Numbered from the stretch's first letter, positions 1-12,171 are shown. The stretch: 64,000 bases of DNA from Malacoraja senta (GCA_038087875.1 CM075989.1:9796001-9860000), one strand, 5' to 3'. The notes: generated by a model from the letters alone, not told the origin. Translations and numbers: made by a program.

Positions 1-2109
1 CTTTGCTGCCCAATCCTTACTTTCTAAGTAAAATGTTAATTTGCAAACCCTTATCATTATCACTAAAATATAATAGCTAGTGTAGAAACTTATTGGCTAA
101 TTACATGTCCCAAGTTCATTAACAATGTGTAAACCAAAGAATCATTTTTATTTTGTCTGCTTTTTAAAATATATAAATTATTTCATTTTAACTTTTTTTT
201 TACTGTTAAATAACTAACAATGGTGCTGTTTTAAATGTGTAAGTTTAAAAAAAAATCAAAAGAATGCTGTGCTGAAGTGGATAATTCACACCAAGATTAA
301 ATTATTTTCTCCTTCTAAATGGTCAGGAAAGTTCTGTCTTTGCTTTATTAGAGAAAGAAACACAAAGATATATTTTGTACAAATAGATTTATTTTGGCTA
401 TTGCCCTGCGTAGTATTTTGGTGGCAAAAGACACCAATAGTCTTGACATCAATTTCATGCAGAATATCTTAAAGTTAATCTTTTGATCTGGTAGCATCCA
501 ACAAAGATAGGGTTCAACAAATACAATTTTAAAAGCTAGATAAAATATCGTTATTGTCAAGCCATGGCAGCAGAACATCTCCATAGCGGAGATCTTCAAA
601 TTTTAAATGGGCATCTCTTCTTCCATTACAACAGTGAAACAAGAATTATTTCAGTAAATCTCCATGCCTACAATCCTGATTCTAGGAAATCCTAACATTC
701 TCCAGGTGAGAGCAATCTGTCAACAAAGCCAATTTGTATGTATTGAAAACTATTATCGATATGCAAGAAATTAGAGAATTAAAAGAGAAAAATGGCTTCA
801 GGCAGTATTTTTTGATCCAGAGGCTGATAATATTTGCTGTCTGCCAAGGAAGATACTTAAATCTAACATAGTAGATTTGAGAAATTATTATGAAGAAATA
901 AATTAGCTTTGGTAATTTAAAAAAGACAGGATTTGTTAGGACTAATAAATCTACGTTTCCAAAATTTAGATTTTCAGATATTATGTGTAGTGTGTTGAAT
1001 TATTGTATATTACTGATAATAAAAACTTTGATAAAACAAGGCATCACTGCCTTCAAGGCCCATGCCACGCTGGTTTGTTTGCAACATTACTAATGACTAG
1101 GTATGACACAGCTCACTCTTTTGACATTCCATATAACAAATGTTAATGCAAAACCCCTTCCCTATTGTCATTTATTTTGATAACTATTACATTGAATAAC
1201 ATCGCACATCTATAATTATGTCACATTGTATATCTAGTAATGTATCTGTATTTGTGTCACTGAACAATCCATAAAAACTATTACATCTACCCAATCTAAG
1301 GTCTCGTGATATTTTAAATGCATGAGAAGTACAAAGCTATGGCTGGACTTTGCTAACAGTGTAAAACTATAATGACGAGTAATCTAAGATACTGAGACTA
1401 TTCCATTGTAATAGCAGAGGTAAGCAGATTAATAAAAATGTTATAAATTATGTAGGACTTTCACAGTGCATACAAGTAGATTGATTCCCAAACTAAAGGA
1501 AACAATGCTAAATAGCACCCATGTAAAACAGTAAGATTGAAAGTTTATGCACCCAGGAAGGCATTGAGGTAAAGAATACTTCTTCATTAACAGTGTAAAG
1601 AGAGTCTAATACATTATTCTAAAAAATAGATCAATATTTGAAATGAAAACCAAAGCTGTGGGAAATGCTTTTTTTCCTGCTGTGCAGTGGCTTAAGAGAT
1701 CGTGTACCATGAACGGAAATTAAACATTGACACCCTTTATACTACAAACCACTTGAAACTTGTTCAGAAATTATCATTGGCTTTTGATAAAGACATAATA
1801 ATAATAGATTTTATTTATATAGCGCTTTTCAGGACTCCAAGTCGTAAATAATAATCTAATGATATTCCAGCTTTTGTTCTAATAGTAAACCGGAATGTCT
1901 TGGCTGGAGTGGATAAAAGCGTTTCAATCCTGATAGCTATCCCAGTCTTTTCTGTTGGAAAATGTAACTGGAAACAAGGTTGTGGTCAATTGTCATACAT
2001 TCCACAGTGTGATAGTCCAGTTGCATTCACAGCCTGAATTCTTGCAAATGTGGGAAATTGCTTCATGGTTCATTTAGGAGTACTCTTTTCAAACGTTGTA
2101 CAAGGAACA

Positions 2110-2425
2110 AGAAAACAATTAGTGCTTTTGCTTCACAGCTCCAGTGACCCAGGTTTGGTCCTAACTTCAGGTGTTGGCTGTGTCGAGTTTGAATTTTCTC
2201 CATGCAATCATACAGGTTTTTCCTCATGTCCCACAGAAACAGGTAGGTTAAATAGTTATTAGTTGGTAAAATACCACGTGTGCAGATGAGTGACAAGAAA
2301 ATCAAAGGGAGCTGATGAACATGAGAGACAATAGGTTACAGGGAAATAAGGGGGGAATGGATTTCTCTGCTAAGAGATAGAAGAGACTCAATGGGCTGAA
2401 TGGATTCCATCTGCGTTATAATAGG
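2110..2425 (+). mobile_element. Degenerate tRNA-derived V-SINE/HE1-type SINE
   Basis: Decayed match to the core tgtgtggagtttgca.gttctcc...ggttt...cccac...ggtaggttaa seen in younger copies in this window. Confidence 0.6.
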
Positions 2426-2654
2426 TACTATGCATATATGTCTTAGAATATAGATATATAATTTGAATTAGCCTATTAATTAACGATAATCATTTTCCTT
2501 GCTTCCGGAAACAAAATCAAAAACACCTATTCAGACTGTACTTCAACCAAAGCAATTGTTTTAAGCCTAATATTTGGAGGAAGAAAATTAATGAACGAAG
2601 ACTGAAACAAATATTCTAAATTAGACCACATGTTTAGCAGGGTAACAATAACAT

Positions 2655-2800
2655 TGAGCAAAACACAAAATGCTGGAGGAACTCAGCAGGTCTGGCAGCA
2701 TCTGTGGAGGGAATGGACAGTCAGGACCCTTCTTTAGACATTGTACAGGGAGGTGAAAGATGGAAAAGAGAGGTTAGTGATAGGCAGATACAGGTAACCT
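2655..2800 (-). mobile_element. Penelope-like terminal fragment
   Basis: cacaaaatgctggaggaactcagcaggtctggcagcatct terminus, shared with the GIY-YIG/RT-bearing copies. Confidence 0.7.
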
Positions 2801-2878
2801 TTATATCTATGAAGATTAAAGCAAAACAAATCACTTTTGAGTTAAGATATGAAACATGAGAAAACGATGACATATCTA

Positions 2879-4517
2879 CAGTGCCCTCCATAATGTTTGG
2901 GACAAAGATCCATCATTTATTTATTTGCCTCTGCACTCCACAATTTGAGATTTGTAATACAAAAAAAATTACATGTGGTTAAAGTGCACATTGTCAGATT
3001 TTAATAAAGGCCATTTTTATACATTTTGGTTTCAACATGTAGAAATTACAGCAGTGTTTATACATAGTTCCCCGATTTCAGGGCACCATAATGTTTGGGA
3101 CACAGCAATGTTATGTAAATGAAAGTAGTCATGTTTAGTATTTTGTTGCATATCCTTTGCATGCAATGACTGCTTGAAGTCTGCGATTTATGGACATCAC
3201 CAGTTGCTGGGTGTCTTCTCTGGTGATGCTCTGCCAGGCCTATATTGCAGCCATCTTTAGCTTAAGCTTTTTTGGGGGGCTAATCCCCTTCAGTTTTCTC
3301 TTCAGCATATAAAAGGCATGCTCAATTGGGTTCAGATCAGGTGATTGACTTGGCCACTCAAGAATTGACCATTTTTTAGCTTTGAAACACTCCTTTGTTG
3401 CTTTAGCAGTATGTTTGGGATCATTGGCTTGTTGTAGAATGAACCGCCGGCCAATGAGTTTTGAGGCATTTGTTTGAACTTGAGCAGATAGGATGTGTCT
3501 ATACACTTCAGAATTCATTATGCTACAACCATCAGCAGTTGTATCATCAATGAAGATAAGTGGGCCAGTACCTTCAGCAGCCATACATGCCCAGCCCATA
3601 ACACCCCCACCACCGTGTTTCACAGATAAGGTGGTATGCTTTGGATCTTGGGCAGTTCCTTCTCTCTTCCATACTTTGCTCTTGCCATCACTCTGATATA
3701 AGTTAACCTTAGTCTCATCTGTCCACAAGACCTTTTACCAGAACTGTGGTTGCTCTTTTAATTACTTTTTGCAAACTGTAACCCGGCCATCATATTTTTG
3801 CGGCTAACCAGTGGTTTGCATCTTGCAGTGTGGCCTCTGTGTTTCCGTTCATGAAGTCTTCTGCGGACATTGGTCATTGACAAATCCACACCTCCTGAAG
3901 AGTGTTTCTGATCTGTCGGACAGGTGTTTGGGTTTTTCTCTTTATTATAGAGAGAATTCTTCTGTCATCAGCAGTGGAGGTCTTCCTTGGCCTACCAGTC
4001 CCTTTGCTCACCAGTGCTCTCTTTCTTCTTAATGATGTTCCAAACAGTTGATTTTGGTAAGCCTAAGGATTGGCTGATGTCTCTAACAGTGTTCTTCTTG
4101 TTTCTCAGTCTCATAATGGCTTCTTTGACTTTCATTGGCATAACTTTGGTCCTCAGGTTGATAAACAGCAATAAAAGTTTCCAAAGGTGATGGAAAGACT
4201 GGATGAGAAACCAGATGCTGAGAGCTCTCTTATTCCTGCATTGAGGAGACAATTAAACACACCTGAGCAATTACAAACGCCTGTGAAGCCATGTATCCGA
4301 AACATTATGGTGCCCTGAAATGGCAGGACTATGTATAAACACTGCTGTAATTTCCACATGGTGAAAGCAAAATGTATAAAAATACCCTTTAATAAAATCT
4401 GACAATATGCACTTTAACCACATGTGATTTTTTTTCTATTACAAATCTCAAATTGTGGAGTACAGAGGCAAATGAATAAATGAGGGGTCTTTGTCCCAAA
4501 CATTATGGAGAGCACTG
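2879..4517 (-). mobile_element. Tc1/mariner transposon, IR/DR type, full length, inactivated transposase
   Basis: TA|CAGTGCCCTCCATAATGTTTGGGACAAAG...CTTTGTCCCAAACATTATGGAGAGCACTG|ca, with ~225-bp inverted repeats containing inner direct repeats. HTH region MPMKVKEAIMRLRNKK...GLPKSTVWNII and catalytic WTDETK / QQANDPKH (D to A) / SPDLNPIE. Frameshifted. Confidence 0.95.
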
Positions 4518-4633
4518 CATAAAAGTTCATTGAATCATTGTACTTATAAATAACAAATCTAAAATTTGACAGATTCTCAAGATGGAAATACCACTTAGTT
4601 TGGAAGCTGTACAAAATTCCTAAATGTACCTAC

Positions 4634-4701
4634 ATATGATAACATGGCTTTCATTTCTTCATCACTGCGCACTGTGATTCGATCCCCATCTTCATCTTCA
4701 T
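4634..4701 (-). CDS. MAP2K5: MAP2K5 coding exon 3 (68 nt), acidic OPCA motif of PB1; gene continues beyond the left edge of the window
   Basis: ttttaag|ATGAAGATGAAGATGGGGATCG...TTATCATAT|gtaggt encodes (Y)EDEDGDRITVRSDEEMKAMLSY. Phase is compatible with exon 2. Confidence 0.96.
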
Positions 4702-4984
4702 CTTAAAAAAAATAAAAAAAATACAATTATGATTTAGTTGGACAATGCAACTTATATTAAGTAGAGCAATGCTTGCAGTGCAAAACAGATGACAATACAA
4801 TTGGTAATTAGAGCAATGCAGTGCAAATTACAATGATCTTTGGGTCATACTCCAGTTCACATTAGTTATATGAATTTTCAAAAACGTTTCATTGACAAAC
4901 GTTTTTTCCTTCAAAGTAGATATCATAGAGGACAGCAATAGACATTACAACCCTGCGAGTTTACAATTTAATTTGAATTAAAAT

Positions 4985-5250
4985 ATCGAACATATAATAG
5001 TACAGCACCGATTCAAGTCCTTAGGCCTACAATGTCTGTGCTAAACAGGATGCCAAGACCAACTCTTCTTTGCTTAAACACAATCCATTTCCACCATTTG
5101 CCTACCCAAAAGTCTCTTAAATGCCACCATTGTGTCTGCCTTGACCACCACCCTGGCAGAGCGTTCTAGGGACTCGCCACCTTCTGTGTAAAATAACTTT
5201 AAACTTTAGCCCTCTCACCTTAAAGTTATGCCCTCTAGTATTTGATTTAT
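4985..5250 (-). mobile_element. CR1-type LINE 3' fragment
   Basis: Homologous to 9330-9645 and 32560-33020 (ctcttaaatgcc...gtatctgcc...accaccaccc.ggca). Confidence 0.65.
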
Positions 5251-5470
5251 GGAATTAAGGTGTCTATGATCTGAAAAGATGAACATTCATCTCACTATGA
5301 AAGACAACCATACCTTAATCGGGCCTGTAAAATACAATTGGTATAAATTCTGACTTAACCACATATTGAATTTTTATTCTACAATCCGATATACATATTA
5401 ATGTGTGGAAGAAAAGCAAGATGTGTACGTTATCCGATTAAACTATTATAATGGCAGTTTTTACAATGTT

Positions 5471-5922
5471 TGTCTAAGTCCAACTTCGATAGCCGTTAAT
5501 TATCGGAGATGATTTGGAGGTATAGCCTAACGCACTCACAACACATACAAGACAGCAAAGATGAACCTTCCAGACATCGTTTCTTGATTAATTGCTTTTT
5601 TATTAACGTAATACAAAACAAAGAAATAACTCATAACTTTCCGTTCTTAATCACTGTTCCATTCACATCATATAAATCACATAAAAGCTTCTTCTTATAA
5701 AAGGTATGTCGTCTCGTGACATGTGTCGTGATCATGGTAGAAAACTGTTTCGCCTCATTCTCCAACACCAAACTGAAACTTCTAATCTGAGAGTGTACGC
5801 CAGACTCCTCTAACAAAAGAACATACCCCTATTACGTATCAAATCCCACCTACAAACGTACAGGCAGATAAAAACTAACTAAAAATATCAGACATGATAA
5901 TAATACTGACTTAAGCTTAACA
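5471..5922 (-). mobile_element. Candidate solo LTR
   Basis: TG...CA termini with a short imperfect inverted repeat. TATA-like at ~5696 and AATAAA at ~5600 on the minus strand; locally CpG-richer. No TSD found. Confidence 0.35.
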
Positions 5923-6504
5923 GCTCCTACAGCTATCATGAATTTTAATACTATCTTCTCATCTCAGTTATAACCTTTACCCAGTTTGATAAAGTGATGT
6001 AAAATATTAAACAATTATTTGTGACAAGCACCAGAATAACACATGATAATGTGTAGAATTAATTAATTTTATTTATTAAGATATGTCAGATGAATTTAGC
6101 AGAGCACAAATGCCAAGACTGACAACATTACTAAAGCGTGAAGAAAATAGTGGTATTTACTTGGTGACTCGGTAGTGGATGTGGGAGAAAACATTTAACG
6201 GTTCAGGTGACAACGTAAACTTCCTATCATAAGGGCATGACCATAGCTGCAAAATTATCCCAGCAGCTTTTAACATTCCAGTATATTTTCTGCAATTGCA
6301 CACTGCAGTTTTTCACGTTGCAGTTTGCCAACCATCACAACAGTTTCATGGCACACACCATCACCCTGGTCCTACGTTCATTACTGAAACAGCTAGATAA
6401 TAAGGATATCCATGTACTTATTTATGACTATAGCTTCCCCTTCATTTCATAATCCCAACCAAACACCTGAACCTGGGGGTCAGTGCCCCCATCGGGTCAC
6501 TGGA

Positions 6505-6885
6505 TCGAGTGAATGTGGAGAGATAGAGGATGCGGAGAGAATGGTTTCACTGGTAGGAGTGTCAAGGACTAGAGGGCACAGCCTCAGAATAAAAGGACGG
6601 AACTTTTAGGATGGAGAAGAGGATGAATTTCTTTAGCAAGAGGGTGGTGAATTTGTGGAATTCACTGCCACTGATGTCTAGAGAGCCCAAGTCGTTGGGG
6701 GTAATTAAAGTGGAGACAGATAGGAGCTTGATTAGCAAGGGCGTGAAATGTGGGAGAAGTTATGCGTTTATGGGGAGAAGGCAGGAGAATAGAGTCGAGA
6801 TGGAAAATTAGATCAGTCATGATCGAATGGCAGAGAAGACGATGGACCGAATGGCCTAATTCTGCCCCAATGTCCAAGGCTCTTA
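6505..6885 (+). mobile_element. CR1/HER1 LINE 3' end
   Basis: SRTRGHSLRIKG...FFSKRVVNLWNSLP CR1 ORF2 C-terminus plus 3' UTR (ggaccgaatggcctaattctg). Confidence 0.85.
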
Positions 6886-7002
6886 TGGATCCTCCACTTC
6901 CTGACTCATACTTCACAATCAGTGAGGAGAGGTGGCAAAGCGTTCTCCACAATAATTCTCAAAACCAGTACCCTGCAAATATGTATTCTCAGGCCTTTAC
7001 TA

Positions 7003-8096
7003 CAGTGCCCTCCATAATGTTTGGGACAAAGACCCATCATTTATTTATTTGCCTCTGTACGCCACAATTTGAGATTTGTAATAGAAAAAAAAATCACATG
7101 TGGTTAAAGTGCACATTGTCAAATTTTAACAAAGGCCATTTTTATACATTTTGGTTTCACTTTTTGGGTAGAAATTACAGCAGTGTTTATACATAGTCCC
7201 CCAATTTCAGGGCAACATAATGTTTGGGACACAGCAATGTCATGTGAATGAAAGTAGTCATGTTTATTATTTTGTTGCATATCCTTTGCATGCAATGACT
7301 GCTTGAAGTCTGCGATTCATGGACATCACCAGTGGCTGGGTGTCTTCTCTGGTGATGCTCTGCCAGGCCTGTATGGCAGCCATCTTTAGTTTATGCTCGT
7401 TTTGGGGGCTCCCGTGAAGAGTTTTCTCTTCAACATATAAAAGGCATGCTCAATTGGGTTCAGATCAGGAGATTGACTTGGCCACTCAAGAATTTACCAT
7501 TTTTTAGCTCATCTGTCCACAAGACCTTTTTCCCAGAACTGTGGTTGCTCTTTGGCCTGCCAGTCCCTTTGCATTTATTAAGCTCACCAGTGCTCTTTCT
7601 TCTTAATGATGTTCTAAACAGTTGATTCAGGTAAGCCTAAGGTTTGGCTGATGTCTCTAACTGTTTTACTCTTGTTTCTCAGTCTCATAACGGCTTCTTT
7701 GACTTTGGAAACGTTTATTGCTCATGTTGATAAACAGCAATAAACGTTTCCAAAGGTGATAGAAAGATTGGAGAATAGACTAGGTGCCTGTATTAAGGAG
7801 GCAATTAAACACACTTGAACAATTACAAACACCTATGAAACCATGTGCCCCAAACATTACGATGCCCTGAAATGCGGGGGGGTGGGGGGGGGGGGGGGGG
7901 TGGAAGAGACTATGTATAAACACAGCTGTAATTTCTACTTGATGAAACCAAAATGTATAAAAATACCCTTTAATAAAATCTGACAATGTACACTTTAATC
8001 ACATGTGATTTTTTCAATTACAAATCTCAAATTGTGGGGTACAGAGGCAAATAAATAAATGATGGGTCTTTGTCCCAAACATTATGGAGGGCACTG
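7003..8096 (-). mobile_element. Internally deleted copy of the same Tc1 family
   Basis: Same TIRs with TA target duplication on both sides. Two large internal deletions relative to the 2879-4517 copy. Confidence 0.95.
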
Positions 8097-8139
8097 TATA
8101 CTCACTATAACTAACTACTTCCTTTTATTGACATTGGTC

Positions 8140-8810
8140 AAAAGCATCAATGTCCTGGGTGTAAACCAGCAATTTGACCTGGACCAACTATATTGAACCC
8201 TCAGCTAACAACGCACACCTATATTTCCTCAGAAAACAAAGGAAGTTTGGCATGTTTCCATGCACTTACCAAAAGATGAAACCATACTAATGGGATGCAT
8301 CATAGTTTGGTTTGGCAACAGCGTTGCCTAAGACTGCAAGAAATTTCAGGGAGTTGTGGATGTAGTCCAGTCCACCACACAAATCCGCCTCCCCACCATC
8401 GACACTTCACGTTGCGTCGTGAAAGCAGCCAACATAATCAAGGACTAATTTCATATTGGTCATCTCTACTTCTCTCCACTGCTGTCAGGCAGAAGATACA
8501 AAATCTTGAAAGCACGGAACACCAGATTCAGGAATAGTTTCTTTCTTGCTGTTATCAGATGACTGAATAGTCCTCCCAAAAGCTAGGGTATAATCCCAAT
8601 CTTCCAACCTACTTTATCGCAGACAATGGACTTTTTCCTCTGTAATTGCAATGCTATAAGATTGTAACACTATATTCTGCATTCCGGTATTGTTCACTTT
8701 GCTCTACCTGTTGTACTTGTGTATAGTTTGTTTGTACTCATGTATGTTATGATTTAAATTAACTGGATAACATGCTAACAACTTTTCACGGTATCATGGT
8801 ACACAGGAAA
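8140..8810 (+). mobile_element. Rex1/Babar-like LINE 3' fragment
   Basis: Decayed YFLRK.RKFGM...GCIIVWFGN...DCKKFQGVV motifs followed by a T-rich 3' UTR. Confidence 0.6.
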
Positions 8811-9329
8811 CAGTATTGAGAAGTTTGACTTGAGCTAATCCTTCTCCCTGTCAAAAAAAAACCGTTACCCATTTCTGACATTCATTAACATTAAATGGCA
8901 GCAAATGTTAATAACAATCTAACAAAAAGCATTTCAATACATGCAACAATATATTTTAACAATTGACACTGAACAATTCAACTGAGGCCCAACAAAAAGT
9001 ATAAACTACCCAATACTTAATTTACTCCCTCCCAGCTTACCTGCACCATGCAGAGTCAATGTTGATGCTGCTTCCATTAGAGATCTAATCCAACATTGTT
9101 TCTGTAGGTGGATACCCCTGCACTTTGCCCAACTAAATCCTCCCATTCTGAAAGCTCTCTTGAAGATCAGTAGAATTCTAATCAACCCCACATCATTGAC
9201 CATGGTCCAAAATAACCCTGCTTCTGAGTTGGTTCAATAACCTATCGATCCAAAAAATTAGTCCTGAATTCATTCTGTCATATCTTTCCAGATCATCTTA
9301 CAAAAAATATTAAAATCCCTTGCAATTAT

Positions 9330-9955
9330 TAGAACACAGAACATAGAACAGTACAGCACAAGAACAGGCCATCGGCCCACAATGTCTTTGCTGAACATGA
9401 AGCCAAGACCAACTCTTGTGCACTTGCATATAATCCATGTTTCTCCATTCGCTGCAAATCCATATGCCTATCCAAAAATCTCTTAAATTGCATAAATGTA
9501 TCTGCCTTAACCACCACACCCGGCACTGTGTTCCAGGCACTCGCCACCCTCTGTGCAATTAACTTTCCTCCCATATCTCCGTTAAACTTTGCCCCTCTCA
9601 TCTTAAAGCTATGCTTTCCAGTATTTGATATTTGCATCCCGTGAAAAAACGTCATAAGTGATAGGAGCAGAATAAGGCAATTCAGCCCATCAAGTCCACT
9701 CCACCATTCAATCTTGGCTGATCTACCTCTCCCTCCTAACTCCATTCTCCTGCCTTATCCCGATTACCCCTGACACCCGTACTAATCAAGAATCTCTGCC
9801 TTAAAAATATCAATTGACGGCCTCCACAGCCTTCTGTGGCAAAGAATTCCACACATTCACCACCCGATGACTAAAGAAATTCCTCCTCATCTCCTTCCTA
9901 AAGGAACATCCTTTAATTCTGAGGCTATGACGTCTGATCCTAGACTCTCACACTC
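9330..9955 (-). mobile_element. Two abutting CR1 LINE 3' ends (9330-9645 and 9650-9955)
   Basis: QRVASAWNTVP...FKRFLDRHMD motif, and a second copy resembling 44430-44785. Tail (tgttcta)n. Confidence 0.8.
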
Positions 9956-10535
9956 AGCAGGTTAGGCAGCATCTCTGGAGAACATGTATAGGTCATGTTT
10001 TGGGTTAAGACCCTTCTTCAGACTGATTATTGTAGGAGGAAGAAAGCAGGAAAAGATGTAGGGGCGAGGCATAGCAAGTGATATCAGTGAGAGGGTTTTT
10101 TTTGTTTGGCAGATGGGTGGACAAAAGCCAGAGATGAAAAGACAACAATCTGTGAGATAAGGAGGGAAGGAGTGCAATGTGAAGCCAGATAAATGGATAG
10201 AGGTAGTGGTGAAAAGGGATGGGGAAAAGGGGAAAGGGGGAATAGGACAGTGGAAGATAAGAAATGAGGGGGGGGGGGGGGGGGGGGGGAATTGTTTGTT
10301 GGTTAGTTACCTAAAAATTAGAGATCAATATTACAAGTCATATATTGTTGGGCTGTGAGCTACCCAAAGGGAATACGAGGTGTTATTCTTCCAGTTTGCA
10401 CGTGGCCACGCTCTGCAAAGGAGGAGGCCCGGGACAGGTTGGAATGGGAAGGGGAATGAAAAAGATTAGCAACCAGGAGATCCAGCAAGCTCTGGCAAAC
10501 CAGGCGCAAGTGTTCGGTAAAACAGTCACCTAAAC
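9955..10535 (-). mobile_element. Penelope-like element 3' fragment
   Basis: FTEHLRLVCQSLLDLLVANLFHSPSHS GIY-YIG endonuclease C-terminal segment and hammerhead-like terminus. Confidence 0.8.
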
Positions 10536-11213
10536 GAAGGAAGAAGTTGCTGTTCCAAGAAAATAGGCCTGAAATTTCTGTACAAACCACAGCAATTTTT
10601 ATGCAGCTTGCAGCATTTCATTTGTAACCATGAGGAAGTTCGGACTTTACTATTAATCTAAGCACACTCTGATGTGGTGCCAAACAGTAGAGAGTGAACT
10701 TCCTACAGTTACTCAGCTGTTCTAATAGGGAATGTGGCACCATTCTGAGCCGAGTCTGATATAGGTCTGTCAACTTAATCAAAGCAGAATGGTGATTACA
10801 TAATTTACAATTTAATTTAATTTATTTAAATGCTTTTAATTGTTTTTCAGTATTTTCCAAGATTTATGTATTTTAACTTCATTTTAAAAATATTTAATTC
10901 TTTCAAAAAAAGTTGTTAAATTTCATTGAGGAAGTTCTCCTCAGGAGATTAGTTTAAGCGAGCATTTAGTAGATAGCTAAGCAGCAAGTATGAGTAAAAA
11001 CCATAAATCTGTGAGAAAAAAAGCATTACGGGATAAATAGGGTATTACAATCGACTTTGCTATGAAGATAATATTTGAATAAAGGTAGAGGTTTGCATTT
11101 ATTTAAATATTTAAGCTTCTCCTTGCACCAGATGCAATAATTCAAACAAGTCCAATCTAGACTTAAAGTTTCCTCCAAATAGTGAATGTGACAATCACCA
11201 GATGCCGTAAAAT

Positions 11214-11835
11214 ATTGACAATCACCAGATGCGGAGCCTGCGGACTACTCACCATCGCGGAGCTGGCCGAGTTCGGAACAGGAGGAGCTGTGGTGGCGCG
11301 CGGCTGCGACCCGACCCCGGAGATTCGGAGGCTCCAGCCGCAGGTCTGGTGGACGGTAACATCGGGAGCTCGCGGGTCCCTGGTGGGAGACCGCTTTTCA
11401 GAGCTCCCGCAACGGCAACTTCTCCCGCCCGAGTTGCGGGGTTGAAAATGACCTGGAGCGGGGCCTAACATCACCCGGCGCAGCTTTAATGGCCGCGGGA
11501 CTTGCTAGCGCCCGCCGGGGGCTCCAACATCAAGACTCGGAGCGCGGCCTTGCATCGCCCGGCGCGGCTTTAATGGCCGCGGGACTTATTTACCATCGTC
11601 CGCCGGGGGCTTTGACTCTGACATCGGGAGGAGAATGTGGAGTGCAGGGGAGAGATAAGACTTTGCCTTCCATCACAGCGAGGAGGAGATTCGCTGTGAT
11701 GGATGTTTGTGTAAATTGTGTTGTGTCTTGGTTCTTCTACTTGTTTGTATGACTGCAGAAACCAAATTTTGTTTGAACCTCAATGAGGTTCAAATGACAA
11801 CAAATAAATTGTAATTGTAACAAATAAATTGTTGT
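11214..11835 (+). mobile_element. Young GC/CpG-rich non-autonomous retroelement or LINE 3' UTR with 17-bp TSD
   Basis: Flanked by accagatgccg[t/g]aaaat at 11197-11213 and 11836-11852. 3' tail aatgacaacaaataaattgtaattgtaa resembles the Rex1-type tails in this window. Internal repeat gctttaatggccgcgggactt occurs twice. Confidence 0.75.
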
Positions 11836-12122
11836 ACCAGATGCCGGAAAATGCAGAAACTCTCTAATCCTCAAAACGTTCAAACTTGCATTTAAATAAT
11901 TTACTGCACCAATCAACAGTTGACTACAGGCCAAGCCAAATATTAATAATTCTAGATAATAAAACTTTCATGCATGTACATTTCTCCAAATTAATATTCA
12001 TTTTAAGCATACAAAATGCATGGTTAATAAAATGTAGATACTAACAAATAGATCTCTGTTAATTGGACATTGTATTTAATATAGAACAAATAGAACAAAT
12101 CAATGAAAAAAAAATTACTTAC

Positions 12123-12171
12123 ACTCAAATGCTGTTGTCGTCGTGTCTGGTAACACTTGACCAATAACATC
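12123..12171 (-). CDS. MAP2K5: MAP2K5 coding exon 2 (49 nt)
   Basis: tgtttttag|GATGTTATTGGTCAAGTG...GCATTTGAGT|gtaagt encodes DVIGQVLPDTTTTAFE plus 1 nt, in frame with exon 1 (human DVIGQVLPEATTTAFE). Confidence 0.96.

Noticed and set aside
540-660. Possible MAP2K5 exon 4 (minus strand GTAATGGAAGAAGAG, VMEEE)
   Set aside because: The frame stops after VMEEEMPI and lacks the expected GQLIEPLQIFPR. Exon 4 is probably outside the window.
3240-3728. 162-aa DDE ORF as an active or domesticated transposase
   Set aside because: Separated from its HTH by frameshifts, second catalytic Asp mutated, premature end.
7876-10288. Long G runs at ~7876-7899 and ~10268-10288 as G-quadruplex elements
   Set aside because: Homopolymer expansions inside TE relics, with lengths that are error-prone in assemblies.
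11233-11640. Intronic CpG island as an alternative promoter or exon, with several short ORFs
   Set aside because: Bounded by a TSD and a retroelement-type tail. The ORFs are by-products of high GC content.
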